From a virus (Duplodnaviria > Caudoviricetes): a stretch of 64,000 nucleotides of DNA. Both the position numbers and the translations under genes were made by a program. Positions 9,625 through 18,577 of this stretch are shown here, piece after piece (within the stretch, counting starts at the first letter, position 1; each line of letters begins with the position of its first letter). The stretch covers positions 1 to 64,000 of IMG/VR virus record IMGVR_UViG_3300032295_003392; one strand, given 5' to 3'. The notes under the pieces were generated by a model. The model was not told where the DNA came from and ran no database searches. It worked only from the letters and a program-made list of their open reading frames with translations.

Positions 9625-10050
9625 TCAGATAAGTTTTTCTAACTTATGATTTCTATGTTGTGATTTAGATTTCTCTGAAATTTGTTCACAGATGGATTCA
9701 CATTCCTCAGTTACATACTCCATGTTTTTGTAAGTTCTATTGCTTGCATAAATCGATTGGTCAGTATAAAATGGTTGAAGGTCCTCATAATGAGCACAGT
9801 CAAATCCAATGACCCATTTGTCACCTTGTTCAGAAGCATAAGTTAATCCACCGTGACATCTTACAGGTATATTATCATAATCCTTTCCGAAGAAATCATT
9901 ATCGGTAGTTAAACTAACATAACCACAAAGATGACCAGCTCTTGTGTTTCTTATTATATTACATTCAAATTGTAAACCATTTTCACAGGTATAGACCCAT
10001 TCTTTTTTATTACCTTCTTTTTTAATTAGAGTTTCTAGCCAATTTTCCAT
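9625..10050 (-). CDS. Conserved-looking phage hypothetical protein
   Basis: GHLCGYV...HGGLTYA...WVIGFDCAH pattern familiar from phage proteins; C-terminal RNHKLEKLI. Confidence 0.7.
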   Translation of the reverse strand: MENWLETLIKKEGNKKEWVYTCENGLQFECNIIRNTRAGHLCGYVSLTTDNDFFGKDYDNIPVRCHGGLTYASEQGDKWVIGFDCAHYEDLQPFYTDQSIYASNRTYKNMEYVTEECESICEQISEKSKSQHRNHKLEKLI

Positions 10051-10062
10051 TTTAGTATTATT

Positions 10063-10269
10063 TTAATAATATTCAACAAATCTTTCTTTTCCATCCTCGG
10101 TTAACTTATTCCATTCTTCAAGAGGTCTCGAATAGTAAGAACCAAAATGTATGGATTGATAGGTGACCAATGTCTCACCAGTTTCAGTGTGTTTTGAAAG
10201 AAATAGGACAAGGTAAAGTCCACCTTTGTAATGTTTATAAACATGGTCGGGTGTGGGATATTTCATCAT
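10063..10269 (-). CDS. DUF1653-like protein
   Basis: YKHYKGGLYLV...HTETGETLVTYQ...RPLEEW signature. Confidence 0.8.
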   Translation of the reverse strand: MMKYPTPDHVYKHYKGGLYLVLFLSKHTETGETLVTYQSIHFGSYYSRPLEEWNKLTEDGKERFVEYY

Positions 10270-10484
10270 AGGGGTAGATTTTCTTTTTGTCTTTTAAACC
10301 TTTTTTTGGAATAAGTTTCAATTTCACCCCACTCATTTCTAATGAAATAAACCTTTTCAGTTTCGTTTATGATTTCATACCATTTGTTTGGTATAATCTC
10401 AAATTCCACACCATAATCATCTACGCAAAATACTTGGTCTTTGCGAGTAATCAAACTTTTTTTATCCACAAGATACTTTTCCAT
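10266..10484 (-). CDS. Small hypothetical protein (SH3-like beta module)
   Basis: 72 aa; NKWYEII...YFIRNEWG...YSKKRF pattern; ATGA overlap with the downstream gene. Confidence 0.6.
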   Translation of the reverse strand: MEKYLVDKKSLITRKDQVFCVDDYGVEFEIIPNKWYEIINETEKVYFIRNEWGEIETYSKKRFKRQKENLPL

Positions 10485-10493
10485 AATATTATG

Positions 10494-10564
10494 AGGTCCG
10501 TCCTGGAGTTGAACCAGGCTTGAAGGATTTGCAGTCCATCACATAACCGCTCTGACAACGGACC
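10494..10564 (-). tRNA. tRNA-Cys(GCA)
   Basis: Acceptor GGTCCGT/ACGGACC, anticodon loop CTGCAAA, T-arm CCTGG-TTCAACT-CCAGG, discriminator U; CCA not encoded. Confidence 0.93.
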
Positions 10565-10729
10565 TTACTTTAAGATTTCTTCTATTCTTTCATCCCTTTG
10601 TTGTTTTAAGAAATCTTCAGATTGAAGATCGAAAATATAGTTTTCATATAAAGTATCTAGGTACTCATAAGATTTATAAGCCTCATAAGATTGTTCTTTC
10701 AGGTATTCCAAATATTCTCTCTCATTCAT
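10565..10729 (-). CDS. Small acidic hypothetical protein
   Basis: MNEREYLEY...QQRDERIEEILK; ATG at 10729 is 4 nt after a host-type promoter; stop codon abuts tRNA-Cys. Confidence 0.65.
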   Translation of the reverse strand: MNEREYLEYLKEQSYEAYKSYEYLDTLYENYIFDLQSEDFLKQQRDERIEEILK

Positions 10730-10733
10730 AATA

Positions 10734-10764
10734 CAAAGGTAATGCAAATAATTATTCTACCAAA
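10734..10764 (-). promoter_or_regulatory. Bacteroidota housekeeping-sigma promoter
   Basis: TTTG-N19-TACCTTTG-TATT-ATG. Confidence 0.8.
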
Positions 10765-10772
10765 ATATATTT

Positions 10773-10802
10773 AAAAAAAAGGAACTCATTTAGAGTTCCT
10801 TT
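10773..10802 (-). terminator. Intrinsic terminator downstream of tRNA-Arg
   Basis: GGAACTC/GAGTTCC stem, 5-nt loop, followed by U8 on the minus strand. Confidence 0.75.
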
Positions 10803-10803
10803 G

Positions 10804-10874
10804 TAGCCCCAGGTTGACTCGAACAACCATTAAAACTTTAGAAGAGTCTTGTCCTTCCCTTGAACGATGGGGCC
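10804..10874 (-). tRNA. tRNA-Arg(UCU)
   Basis: Acceptor GGCCCCA/TGGGGCT, D-arm GTTC/GGAC, anticodon loop CTTCTAA, T-arm GGTTG-TTCGAGT-CAACC; CCA not encoded. Confidence 0.92.
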
Positions 10875-10890
10875 ATTATAAACGTTTATA

Positions 10891-11268
10891 TCAAAGACTC
10901 TCAAAAAAGTTCTTCAATTTTATTCTTTCATCCCTATAATCGTCCCAAGAACTTAACTTACCCAAGTCGACTATATGTTTTTCTTTCTTATGACAAACAT
11001 AATACTTTTCATTTTCAAATCCAAGTTCGAAATCAGCATTTTCCCAATATTCATCAATCAACTTATTAATCATTTTCTGAATAGATTCTTCGGTTGTAAC
11101 CTTAATATTAAAGGGATTAATATAAAAGGGGAAGTCGGTAAGCTCATCTTCATCAAACATTTTTTCTCCCTCTTTATCACGGGATTTTTTCATTTTGGTT
11201 TGAAGAACTTTAATCCTCTCAAGGAGTTCAATTTTTTCGTCAATACAGTCTACTTGAATTTGTATCAT
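10891..11268 (-). CDS. Hypothetical protein
   Basis: 125-aa ORF, ATGA overlap with the upstream gene; RDERI near the C-terminus. Confidence 0.65.
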   Translation of the reverse strand: MIQIQVDCIDEKIELLERIKVLQTKMKKSRDKEGEKMFDEDELTDFPFYINPFNIKVTTEESIQKMINKLIDEYWENADFELGFENEKYYVCHKKEKHIVDLGKLSSWDDYRDERIKLKNFFESL

Positions 11269-11537
11269 GATAATAAGTTGTCTAATTTATCTTCTCTATT
11301 CATTTGTATAAAAAATGGGTCAGTTTTCATATAACTTTCTATCTGACCCCTCAAATCTCTTGAAAGTGGTTTATATTTGTGTCTAAATATTTGTAGTTGC
11401 TCGTTGGGATATTTGAAATGATAGGTCTTTAGGAATTCTTCATGAGAATCTTCCCACATACCAAGATATTCAACTCTGTTATTATGCCAGAATTTCTTTG
11501 AACCTTTGAATACATGTTTACCATAAAGACCAATCAT
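11265..11537 (-). CDS. Hypothetical protein with REDKLDNLL tail
   Basis: 90-aa ORF directly behind a host-type promoter. Confidence 0.7.
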   Translation of the reverse strand: MIGLYGKHVFKGSKKFWHNNRVEYLGMWEDSHEEFLKTYHFKYPNEQLQIFRHKYKPLSRDLRGQIESYMKTDPFFIQMNREDKLDNLLS

Positions 11538-11541
11538 TAAA

Positions 11542-11572
11542 CAAATATAATCATTTAACTCGGATATTCAAA
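11542..11572 (-). promoter_or_regulatory. Bacteroidota housekeeping-sigma promoter
   Basis: TTTG-N19-TATATTTG-TTTA-ATG. Confidence 0.8.
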
Positions 11573-12021
11573 ATTTCAAACTCCATTTTTCCAATAGGCA
11601 CCTCAGCGATTACTTTCTCACCAACTCTTTTTCCCATAAGTGCACTACCGATAGGACTCAAATGTGAAATTTTACCAGATTTAATATCGATTTCATTCTC
11701 TGGTACAATCCTGTATTCAATCTCTACACCACTCTTAGTATTTTTAAACTTTACCCAAGTGAGTAGTTGAACTGTACCATCATCAATAATTCCTTCGAGG
11801 ATTTCAGCATCAGCCAATCTCTGTGAAAGATTATTAATCTTCCTATTTAAATCATCAAGTGCGGTTTTTGCCACATCATATTCTGCATTTTCAGATAAAT
11901 CTCCCTTATCTTTTGCTTCTGCTAAGTTTTGGATATGTTCCCTCAGTTGGGGACCTCTCATATCTCTTAGTTCTTGTTCTAGTTTTTGAAACCCCTCTCG
12001 GGTCATAGGTATTCTTGCCAT
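11551..12021 (-). CDS. greA: Transcription elongation factor GreA
   Basis: MTREGFQKLEQEL, catalytic GDLSENAEY, C-terminal ISHLSPIGSALMGKRVGE; start re-assigned to MARIP at 12021. Confidence 0.95.
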   Translation of the reverse strand: MARIPMTREGFQKLEQELRDMRGPQLREHIQNLAEAKDKGDLSENAEYDVAKTALDDLNRKINNLSQRLADAEILEGIIDDGTVQLLTWVKFKNTKSGVEIEYRIVPENEIDIKSGKISHLSPIGSALMGKRVGEKVIAEVPIGKMEFEILNIRVK

Positions 12022-12081
12022 AATATTTTTTATTTTCAATTTCAGTTATATTTATCTAAATCTAAAAGTTGGTTTATTTTT

Positions 12082-12684
12082 TCATCGGTTTGTATCTTTT
12101 TCATGATGGTCTATAAAGTTAATACTAATACCATCCATAATTTTGAAAATCTCATTTATGTGATAAGGTCTGAACTCAGGGTGAGTATCAACACCAACAT
12201 CCATAGACCTACCAATACCTTTCAAAGAATTGTGTGAGTGCCCGAAAAGATGTATGCAACCTTTGTGAGAAGCTGGCCAAACTTGATGTGAGTAATGTGA
12301 TAGGTGGAACTCCCTTGAACCGATTTTACCAGTAAAGACGTTTTGTACAGAACTAAAAAGTTCGATTGGGTTAAAAGAAGAATCCAAGAACTTTATTTCC
12401 TTATCTTTTATATGTTGGTCGTGATTGCCAAGAATAAGGTGAATATTTTTACAGATAAGTGATTTCCTAAAGTAGTAAATGTTGTGAACTCCACCAAAAC
12501 TCCAATCACCAAGGTGATAAAGAATATCATCTTCACCAACTACCTTGTTGATATTGTGGACAAGAGCGTCATTCATTTCTTGAACGGAGTTAAAGTTCCT
12601 ATATCCATTTTTCCAAACAGATACACTTGGACCAGCAATGTTGGTGTGACCGAAATGTGTGTCTGAGGTGAACCATATATTCAT
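12082..12684 (-). CDS. Calcineurin-like metallophosphoesterase
   Basis: SDTHFGH, HLGDW, GNHD, HYSH, FGHSH motifs. Confidence 0.9.
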   Translation of the reverse strand: MNIWFTSDTHFGHTNIAGPSVSVWKNGYRNFNSVQEMNDALVHNINKVVGEDDILYHLGDWSFGGVHNIYYFRKSLICKNIHLILGNHDQHIKDKEIKFLDSSFNPIELFSSVQNVFTGKIGSREFHLSHYSHQVWPASHKGCIHLFGHSHNSLKGIGRSMDVGVDTHPEFRPYHINEIFKIMDGISINFIDHHEKDTNR

Positions 12685-12688
12685 AATA

Positions 12689-12720
12689 CAAATGTATAGT
12701 ATTTTTTAATACTTGTCAAA
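12689..12720 (-). promoter_or_regulatory. Bacteroidota housekeeping-sigma promoter
   Basis: TTTG-N20-TACATTTG-TATT-ATG. Confidence 0.8.
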
Positions 12721-12721
12721 T

Positions 12722-12731
12722 TTAATATATA
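12722..12731 (+). promoter_or_regulatory. Putative phage-specific promoter TTAATATATA
   Basis: Exact motif 6 nt before the ATG at 12738, back-to-back with the divergent host-type promoter. Confidence 0.55.
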
Positions 12732-12737
12732 ATACTT

Positions 12738-13097
12738 ATGAAATATATTAAACATTTCGAATCTTTCCACCAAAGTGGTGTTGATGATGGGTCTGGTGAG
12801 GTTATGCCAGATTATAACCCAATACTAAATCAAAAGGTTAAAGATTTTGTTGAAGACCTTTTTACCAAAGGTAGATATGAAGATTGCGCAAATATGATAG
12901 GTGAGAAACTTCCAAAAGGTTTAGAATCAGATGAAATGGATGATTATGGTGACAAGTTAAAATCAAGAGCGATTAAATATTTCATAGAGAATCCCGAATT
13001 AGTCAGTAAAGAAATCGATTATCAAATGTTTAAAGTTCCAGGTGGGGATGGAATATCTAGAACAAATAACATAGGAGGAGTCATGCCAAGAAGATAA
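12738..13097 (+). CDS. Hypothetical protein with MKYIKHFESF N-terminus
   Basis: 119-aa ORF; possible capsid-targeting N-terminal motif. Confidence 0.7.
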   Translation: MKYIKHFESFHQSGVDDGSGEVMPDYNPILNQKVKDFVEDLFTKGRYEDCANMIGEKLPKGLESDEMDDYGDKLKSRAIKYFIENPELVSKEIDYQMFKVPGGDGISRTNNIGGVMPRR

Positions 13098-13144
13098 CTT
13101 TTTTCACTTTATTTCATATAATTATTAAATTATATTTTAATAAA

Positions 13145-14371
13145 ATGGCAAAAGAAAAGAAAGAAAGTGGCTCAAAAAAGTTCGAATTCAGTAAGGTTGG
13201 TTCACTAATGAACAACATTGCAAAAACTGTACCGATTATTATTGATAACCAAATCAAAGAAAAAAAGTTTATCTCAACTGGTGTTTACCTATTGGATGCA
13301 GCACTATCATCAAGACTTTTAAACGGTGGTGTTCAAACAAACAGAATCACTTGTTTTGCTGGTGAATCTGGTACTGGTAAATCCTTTCTCGCCTACTCCG
13401 TGGCTAAGAACGCGCAGAAAGCTGGCTATGGAATCGTATATGTAGATACTGAGTACTCAGTTGAACTTGATGAAATTAATAAGTTTGGTATCGATCCAGA
13501 CCCCGAAAAGTTCATTCTTATCAGGTCAAATAAAGTTGAGGATATCAATATTACACTATCCCAACTCCTTGATAATCTTAAAGAAGAAAAGATTAAGGGT
13601 AGTGAAATTCAACCACTTATGATTGTTCTAGATTCAATCGGACAGATGGCATCTAACAAAGAAAAGGCTGACTTGTTGAAAGGTGATATCAAACAAGATA
13701 TGACCAAAGCAAAAGCTATTGGTTCTTTATTTAGGTCTATCAACTCTGACTTAGGGTTCTTAGAAATCCCAATGATTGTATGTAACCACACCTATCTTAC
13801 TCAGGATTTATTTCCACAAGAGGTATTGAAAGGTGGAAGGTCACTTGTTTACTCAGCATCAGTTATCGGTATGATGTCAAAATCAAAACTCAAAACTGGT
13901 GAGGAAGATGATATGGATTTGGGACAATCTGGTATTTCCGTATTATTCAAGACTGCTAAGAATCGTTTGGCCAAACCAAAAAAAATCCGTTTTGACATTT
14001 CATTCAACCATGGTATGAACCCATATACTGGACTCGATGCTTTTTGTAGACCAGAATATTTCGACCAAATAGGTATCGCTCAAGGTAAGGCTGAGGTTGA
14101 TAAAAAGACTGGTGAGATGACATTTACACCAGGTGGTATCAGATGGTATATTTCACATTTGGATAAGTCAGTTACAACTAAGAACTTATTCACAAGTGAG
14201 GTTTTCACACCTGAGGTTTTGAAGAAAATGGAACCCATTGTGAATGATTATTTCAAATACAAATCATTAGATGAAATTGAAGATTTACAAAAGGACTTTG
14301 ATAACATGGCTGATGGTGACGATACCAACGGATTTTCTGACAATATTTCTGCTGAAGATTTGTTTGACTAA
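13145..14371 (+). CDS. uvsX: UvsX/RecA-like recombinase
   Basis: Walker A GESGTGKS, YVDTE, Walker B MIVLDSIG, CNHTY, GGRSLVYSAS; acidic C-tail as in T4-type UvsX. Confidence 0.9.
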   Translation: MAKEKKESGSKKFEFSKVGSLMNNIAKTVPIIIDNQIKEKKFISTGVYLLDAALSSRLLNGGVQTNRITCFAGESGTGKSFLAYSVAKNAQKAGYGIVYVDTEYSVELDEINKFGIDPDPEKFILIRSNKVEDINITLSQLLDNLKEEKIKGSEIQPLMIVLDSIGQMASNKEKADLLKGDIKQDMTKAKAIGSLFRSINSDLGFLEIPMIVCNHTYLTQDLFPQEVLKGGRSLVYSASVIGMMSKSKLKTGEEDDMDLGQSGISVLFKTAKNRLAKPKKIRFDISFNHGMNPYTGLDAFCRPEYFDQIGIAQGKAEVDKKTGEMTFTPGGIRWYISHLDKSVTTKNLFTSEVFTPEVLKKMEPIVNDYFKYKSLDEIEDLQKDFDNMADGDDTNGFSDNISAEDLFD

Positions 14372-14390
14372 AAAATCCTTTGTATATTTG
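14359..14390 (+). promoter_or_regulatory. Bacteroidota housekeeping-sigma promoter
   Basis: TTTG-N20-TATATTTG-TCAG-ATG. Confidence 0.8.
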
Positions 14391-14394
14391 TCAG

Positions 14395-14781
14395 ATGAAA
14401 AAGTTATTTCTTGACGACATCCGAATCCCAAAAGATTGTGCAAATGGTATTGTACCATCACATCTCAATAAACTATATTGGGATAATGATTGGGACGTAG
14501 TGCGGTCTTATGATAAGTTCGTATCTTGGATTGTTAAGAATGGATTACCAGACTTTATATCATTTGACCATGATTTAGCTGATGTTCACTACACCATGGA
14601 TTTTTCCGATAAGAACGATGGTGGAAAGGAAAAGACTGGTTATGAATGTGCTAAATGGCTCGTTGATTATTGTATGGACCAAAAGTTAGATATACCAAGT
14701 TTTATAGTACACTCTCAAAATCCAGTCGGGAAAGCTAACATCCAATCTTATCTACTGAACGCAAAACGGTTTGTAAAATAA
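14395..14781 (+). CDS. Cyclic-phosphate-processing receiver-like domain protein (cREC type)
   Basis: LFLDDIR, ISFDHDL, KTGYECAKWL, VHSQNPVG signature typical of this jumbo-phage family; start at 14395. Confidence 0.8.
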   Translation: MKKLFLDDIRIPKDCANGIVPSHLNKLYWDNDWDVVRSYDKFVSWIVKNGLPDFISFDHDLADVHYTMDFSDKNDGGKEKTGYECAKWLVDYCMDQKLDIPSFIVHSQNPVGKANIQSYLLNAKRFVK

Positions 14782-14805
14782 AAAAAATAAATAATATATA
14801 CTCTT

Positions 14806-15054
14806 ATGAGGATTATATTATTTATTTTTTTATTTTTGGTTTTTTCCTGCTCAACAGAGGATTGTTATAAGTGCAAACAAGAGGTCACTAAATATTCTTC
14901 ACCAATAATTAAAGGTTATCCCAAAAAATACACCACAAGTTTTATTGCTTGTGGTGAAAATATTGATATTGTAAGAAATGGTTGGGTAGAGGTTGATACT
15001 ATCAACGATACTGTCTTTACACTTTATATCAATAAAGATTGTGTAAGAAAATAA
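14806..15054 (+). CDS. Small Cys-rich lipoprotein
   Basis: Hydrophobic signal plus lipobox VFSC, then CYKC and further Cys; TAATATATA motif at 14792-14800. Confidence 0.65.
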   Translation: MRIILFIFLFLVFSCSTEDCYKCKQEVTKYSSPIIKGYPKKYTTSFIACGENIDIVRNGWVEVDTINDTVFTLYINKDCVRK

Positions 15055-15462
15055 TCAAATCTTTTTGATACATTCAGGTCCGAAACCTGATTGAACCGAA
15101 TCAGGGGTAGTTAGTTGACGACCACATCTACCACATCTACCATCATGGAAAATCTCAACTCTCGTATCAAGTGTTCCCATAATCAAATGGTGATAAACAT
15201 AATCAAAAACTATAACAGATTTGGCATCCCTATCAATCTTTGATTTCTTTGAATGTCTGAAACTATAATTCATAATAGTTCCAATGTAGATATAAACATC
15301 TGGGCTTGTTAAAACATGGACAAAGTGAATATCATCTGTCTTATGTTTAACAATTTTATATGTGTAACGGTTTTCAGTTTGAGGATTTAAAAAAGTAACG
15401 AAGGCTTTACCCCCGAGAATAAAACTCAGTGCTTTCTCATTTGATATTTGTCCTACTTTCAT
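15055..15462 (-). CDS. DUF6011-like zinc-finger protein
   Basis: C-terminal CGRCGRQLTTPDSVQSGFGPEC. Confidence 0.75.
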   Translation of the reverse strand: MKVGQISNEKALSFILGGKAFVTFLNPQTENRYTYKIVKHKTDDIHFVHVLTSPDVYIYIGTIMNYSFRHSKKSKIDRDAKSVIVFDYVYHHLIMGTLDTRVEIFHDGRCGRCGRQLTTPDSVQSGFGPECIKKI

Positions 15463-15466
15463 AATA

Positions 15467-15498
15467 CAAAGATATGAAAGTTTAGTGGATTTTACAAA
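15467..15498 (-). promoter_or_regulatory. Bacteroidota housekeeping-sigma promoter
   Basis: TTTG-N20-TATCTTTG-TATT-ATG. Confidence 0.8.
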
Positions 15499-16181
15499 TT
15501 ATTTTTCAAGATTTGGTATAAAAGCCAGCTGTCCACCAAGTCTTCAAATGGTTTAGGTACTTTACTAGCCCCCATTATATCATCTTTTAGTGTCCTACAA
15601 AGAGTTGACCATTCATCTTTTATTTCATTATTATCTACTATACACATAAACATCCCGTGTTTTGTCAAACTACCACCACTAATACCATAGGCATTTTTAT
15701 AAACCCATTTTTCTTTCTTTTTACCCTCATTTATTGGTGGGTATGTCAACTTACAAGATTCTAACTTTAGGGTTGATGGTGAAAATACTGTAATATCGGT
15801 AGAAATATAATCAAATAGTTTTTTTCTCAATAAAGTTGAAAAGGTAACCAAGTCAATAATAGCACCAGCATCTGATGAATATGAATAACCTTCAATACCA
15901 ATTTTTGTTGGTTGGGTTTTGTCGATGTTATCTTCAATGTCTTTTATTATCTGGTCTGTTATTTTATCATAGTCTTTAAGTTTGGTTATTTCCCCCTCAG
16001 AATAATTTTCAAATTCTCTATAATTGATAAATTTTAAATTAATTTTATCTTCGCAATACTTAAACCATTTACTAAAACCCGACTTATTCATTGCATCCTT
16101 TTCTCTACAATAGTTAAATAACTTTCCATTAACTACCATTGCTGTCGATATCAAAGATGGGTCCAAACCTACAAAATTCAT
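15492..16181 (-). CDS. RuvC-like Holliday junction resolvase
   Basis: FVGLDPSLISTA, IGIEGY, DLVDSW acidic RNase-H-fold residues. Confidence 0.8.
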   Translation of the reverse strand: MNFVGLDPSLISTAMVVNGKLFNYCREKDAMNKSGFSKWFKYCEDKINLKFINYREFENYSEGEITKLKDYDKITDQIIKDIEDNIDKTQPTKIGIEGYSYSSDAGAIIDLVTFSTLLRKKLFDYISTDITVFSPSTLKLESCKLTYPPINEGKKKEKWVYKNAYGISGGSLTKHGMFMCIVDNNEIKDEWSTLCRTLKDDIMGASKVPKPFEDLVDSWLLYQILKNNL

Positions 16182-16258
16182 TAAAATTTTTAATTTTTCT
16201 TATATATCAAATAGCACCAATCCCTAAAAACATTTTCTAAAATAAAACTATATTTATT

Positions 16259-17995
16259 ATGATTATTGAAGAAATAGGCATTAGAGGTTTTAAGAGTTTC
16301 GGTAATAACGAACAAACACTAAAACTAAACAGTGATAGTGGTGAGTTAATTTTATTAACTGGTTCGAATGGAAACGGTAAGAGTAGTTTTATCGAAAGTT
16401 TCGAATATGTCCTTTATGGGAAAGTAAAGTCTATGAAAAAGAAAAAATGGGCGACATTATCTACTCTTCCAAATAGAATTAACGGTGAGTTACAAAACCG
16501 AATAAAGTTTATTTCAAACGGCACTCAAGTGGAAGTCGTTAGAGGTATTTCACCCAATACTTTAAAGCTCACCGAAAATGGTATAGAGAACGACAGGGCT
16601 GGGAAAGCAAACCTTGATGAGAAAATAGAAAACTATATCGGAATGGATATTGAAACTTTCAAGTCATTTATATCCATGTCTATTAACGATTTCAAGAACT
16701 TTATTAGCTTATCAAATGATGAGAAACAAATGTTACTTGACAAACTCTTCAACCTTGAGGTTATTAATATTCTCAATCAAATACTAAAAGATTTAGTTAA
16801 GACAAACAAGATTCAACTAGCAAAACATGACTCTGAAATCAATACACTAAATGATTCCATCCAAAGGATAAAGTTGTCTATTGATAAGGCTATTGAAAAG
16901 GAAAAACTCAATATCCAATCCGAAATTGATGAAATCAAACTACAAATCGATTCTAGGAAAGATGAATATCAGAAACTAAAGAAAAAGGTTGAAAAAATAA
17001 AAGAAAAAGAAAATCAACTCAAATCTGAACTCGATAATGAAAGAGAACAATATTCAAAGATTGGACATGAGATAAAATCCGCTCAGAAAGATATTGACCT
17101 TTATAATTCTGGAAAATGTCCGACTTGCGCAACTGATTTTCTAAATGAACATTTCGAAGGTCTCAAACAAACTCTCATTGAAAAGAAATCAACCCTTGAT
17201 ACAATTAAAAAGGAGATTGAGGACAATATGAGGTCTATCAGAGAAAAACAAACTAAACTCCAAGACATCTCAGAAAAAACAACAAAGTCATTCAACGACA
17301 TCACCTATCTTTTAAGAAACTATAAAACACAGATAGATAAACTCCAATCTCAAAAGGACAATGAATCTGGTAAATCAAATGTAAATATTCAAGAGTTCGA
17401 AAAGGCTATTGATGATTTACAAACTAAAAAGACAACAAGTTTCGACAATCAAACTGTATGCAAAGAAAAGGAAACCTATTATAAAGAACTGACTAAGGTA
17501 TTTGGTGAAGATGGTGTTAAGAGGACAATTATCTCTGGCATCATCAAACCAATCAACCATTTCATCCAAGAAAACATAAGGAAAATGAATTTACCTTTTC
17601 AGGTAAAACTTGATGAAACTTTCACAGCAGAAATCAAACAGTTTAGCAATACTATTGAACATGATAGTCTGAGCACTGGTGAAACTAAAAAGTTAAATCT
17701 TTGCATTCTAATAGCCTACTTGAAACTAATAAGAACTAAGAAACATATTAACATTTTGTTCTTGGACGAGGTATTTTCAAGTATGGATATTGAATCATGT
17801 GAGTCTATTCTGAATCTCCTAAAGTCATTTGCTAATGAATATAAGATTAATATTTTTGTGGTACATCATGCTATATTAAACCAAGAGTTATTTGATAGGA
17901 TTCTACAAATTGAAAAGGATATTTTCACTACGATTAATGAGGTATCAGTTGATGAGGAGGAAAAAGTCAGAGTTGGACACTATACAGTAGTATAG
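16259..17995 (+). CDS. gp46/Rad50/SbcC-like recombination ATPase
   Basis: Walker A GSNGNGKSS, coiled coil with CPTC zinc hook, signature LSTGE, Walker B LFLDEVF, H-loop VVHH. Confidence 0.92.
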   Translation: MIIEEIGIRGFKSFGNNEQTLKLNSDSGELILLTGSNGNGKSSFIESFEYVLYGKVKSMKKKKWATLSTLPNRINGELQNRIKFISNGTQVEVVRGISPNTLKLTENGIENDRAGKANLDEKIENYIGMDIETFKSFISMSINDFKNFISLSNDEKQMLLDKLFNLEVINILNQILKDLVKTNKIQLAKHDSEINTLNDSIQRIKLSIDKAIEKEKLNIQSEIDEIKLQIDSRKDEYQKLKKKVEKIKEKENQLKSELDNEREQYSKIGHEIKSAQKDIDLYNSGKCPTCATDFLNEHFEGLKQTLIEKKSTLDTIKKEIEDNMRSIREKQTKLQDISEKTTKSFNDITYLLRNYKTQIDKLQSQKDNESGKSNVNIQEFEKAIDDLQTKKTTSFDNQTVCKEKETYYKELTKVFGEDGVKRTIISGIIKPINHFIQENIRKMNLPFQVKLDETFTAEIKQFSNTIEHDSLSTGETKKLNLCILIAYLKLIRTKKHINILFLDEVFSSMDIESCESILNLLKSFANEYKINIFVVHHAILNQELFDRILQIEKDIFTTINEVSVDEEEKVRVGHYTVV

Positions 17996-18531
17996 AGGTT
18001 GTTTATTGGTAAGGTTTGAAGATCGAAAAGTTCAGAAGCTTCTTCAGAGAATTCATCTTCCACATATTCTAAAATCGCTTTTCTAAACTCCAAAGCATCT
18101 TTTCTATTTTGAAATAGGAAATTCTTTTCTTCTACTGGTCTACCTTGATTTTGAATTTGATATTCCAGGTCCATTTTAACAAACTTATCTGGACCAACAA
18201 TAATATCAATTTTAACTGTATTACCATAATCAGATTTCATCACAACCGTTATACCATTGTACTCAGATCTATAATTACCAGACGACCAATCTTCAAAGTC
18301 AGTTATAAAAAACTTACCAAGAAAATGTTCTCTATTGGGAAATTGGTTTTGAAAAACAAAAGGGTGTGGATAGATTCTATCAAAACCTTCTTTACCAGCA
18401 AAAGCACTTATACCTTTTTCAGCAGCGTGTTTTTTTAATTCCCCTGACCTCTTTTTATGTCCTTGTTCTAACTTATCTGCAGCAGACATATAAGTAGATT
18501 TATAGAGTTCAAAAGTCATTATTTGTTTCAT
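17980..18531 (-). CDS. Hypothetical protein with MKQIMTFELY N-terminus
   Basis: 183-aa ORF behind a TTAATATATA motif. Confidence 0.7.
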   Translation of the reverse strand: MKQIMTFELYKSTYMSAADKLEQGHKKRSGELKKHAAEKGISAFAGKEGFDRIYPHPFVFQNQFPNREHFLGKFFITDFEDWSSGNYRSEYNGITVVMKSDYGNTVKIDIIVGPDKFVKMDLEYQIQNQGRPVEEKNFLFQNRKDALEFRKAILEYVEDEFSEEASELFDLQTLPINNLYTTV

Positions 18532-18536
18532 AAAAA

Positions 18537-18546
18537 TATATATTAA
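18537..18546 (-). promoter_or_regulatory. Putative phage-specific promoter TTAATATATA
   Basis: Exact motif 5 nt before the ATG at 18531. Confidence 0.55.
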
Positions 18547-18577
18547 AAACTAAAAATCTTTATTTAATATAAGTTTT

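Noticed and set aside
12082-12684. Metallophosphoesterase as the gp47/Mre11 partner of gp46
   Set aside because: Too short (200 aa), not adjacent to gp46 and lacking an Mre11-type capping domain; the same applies to 45376.
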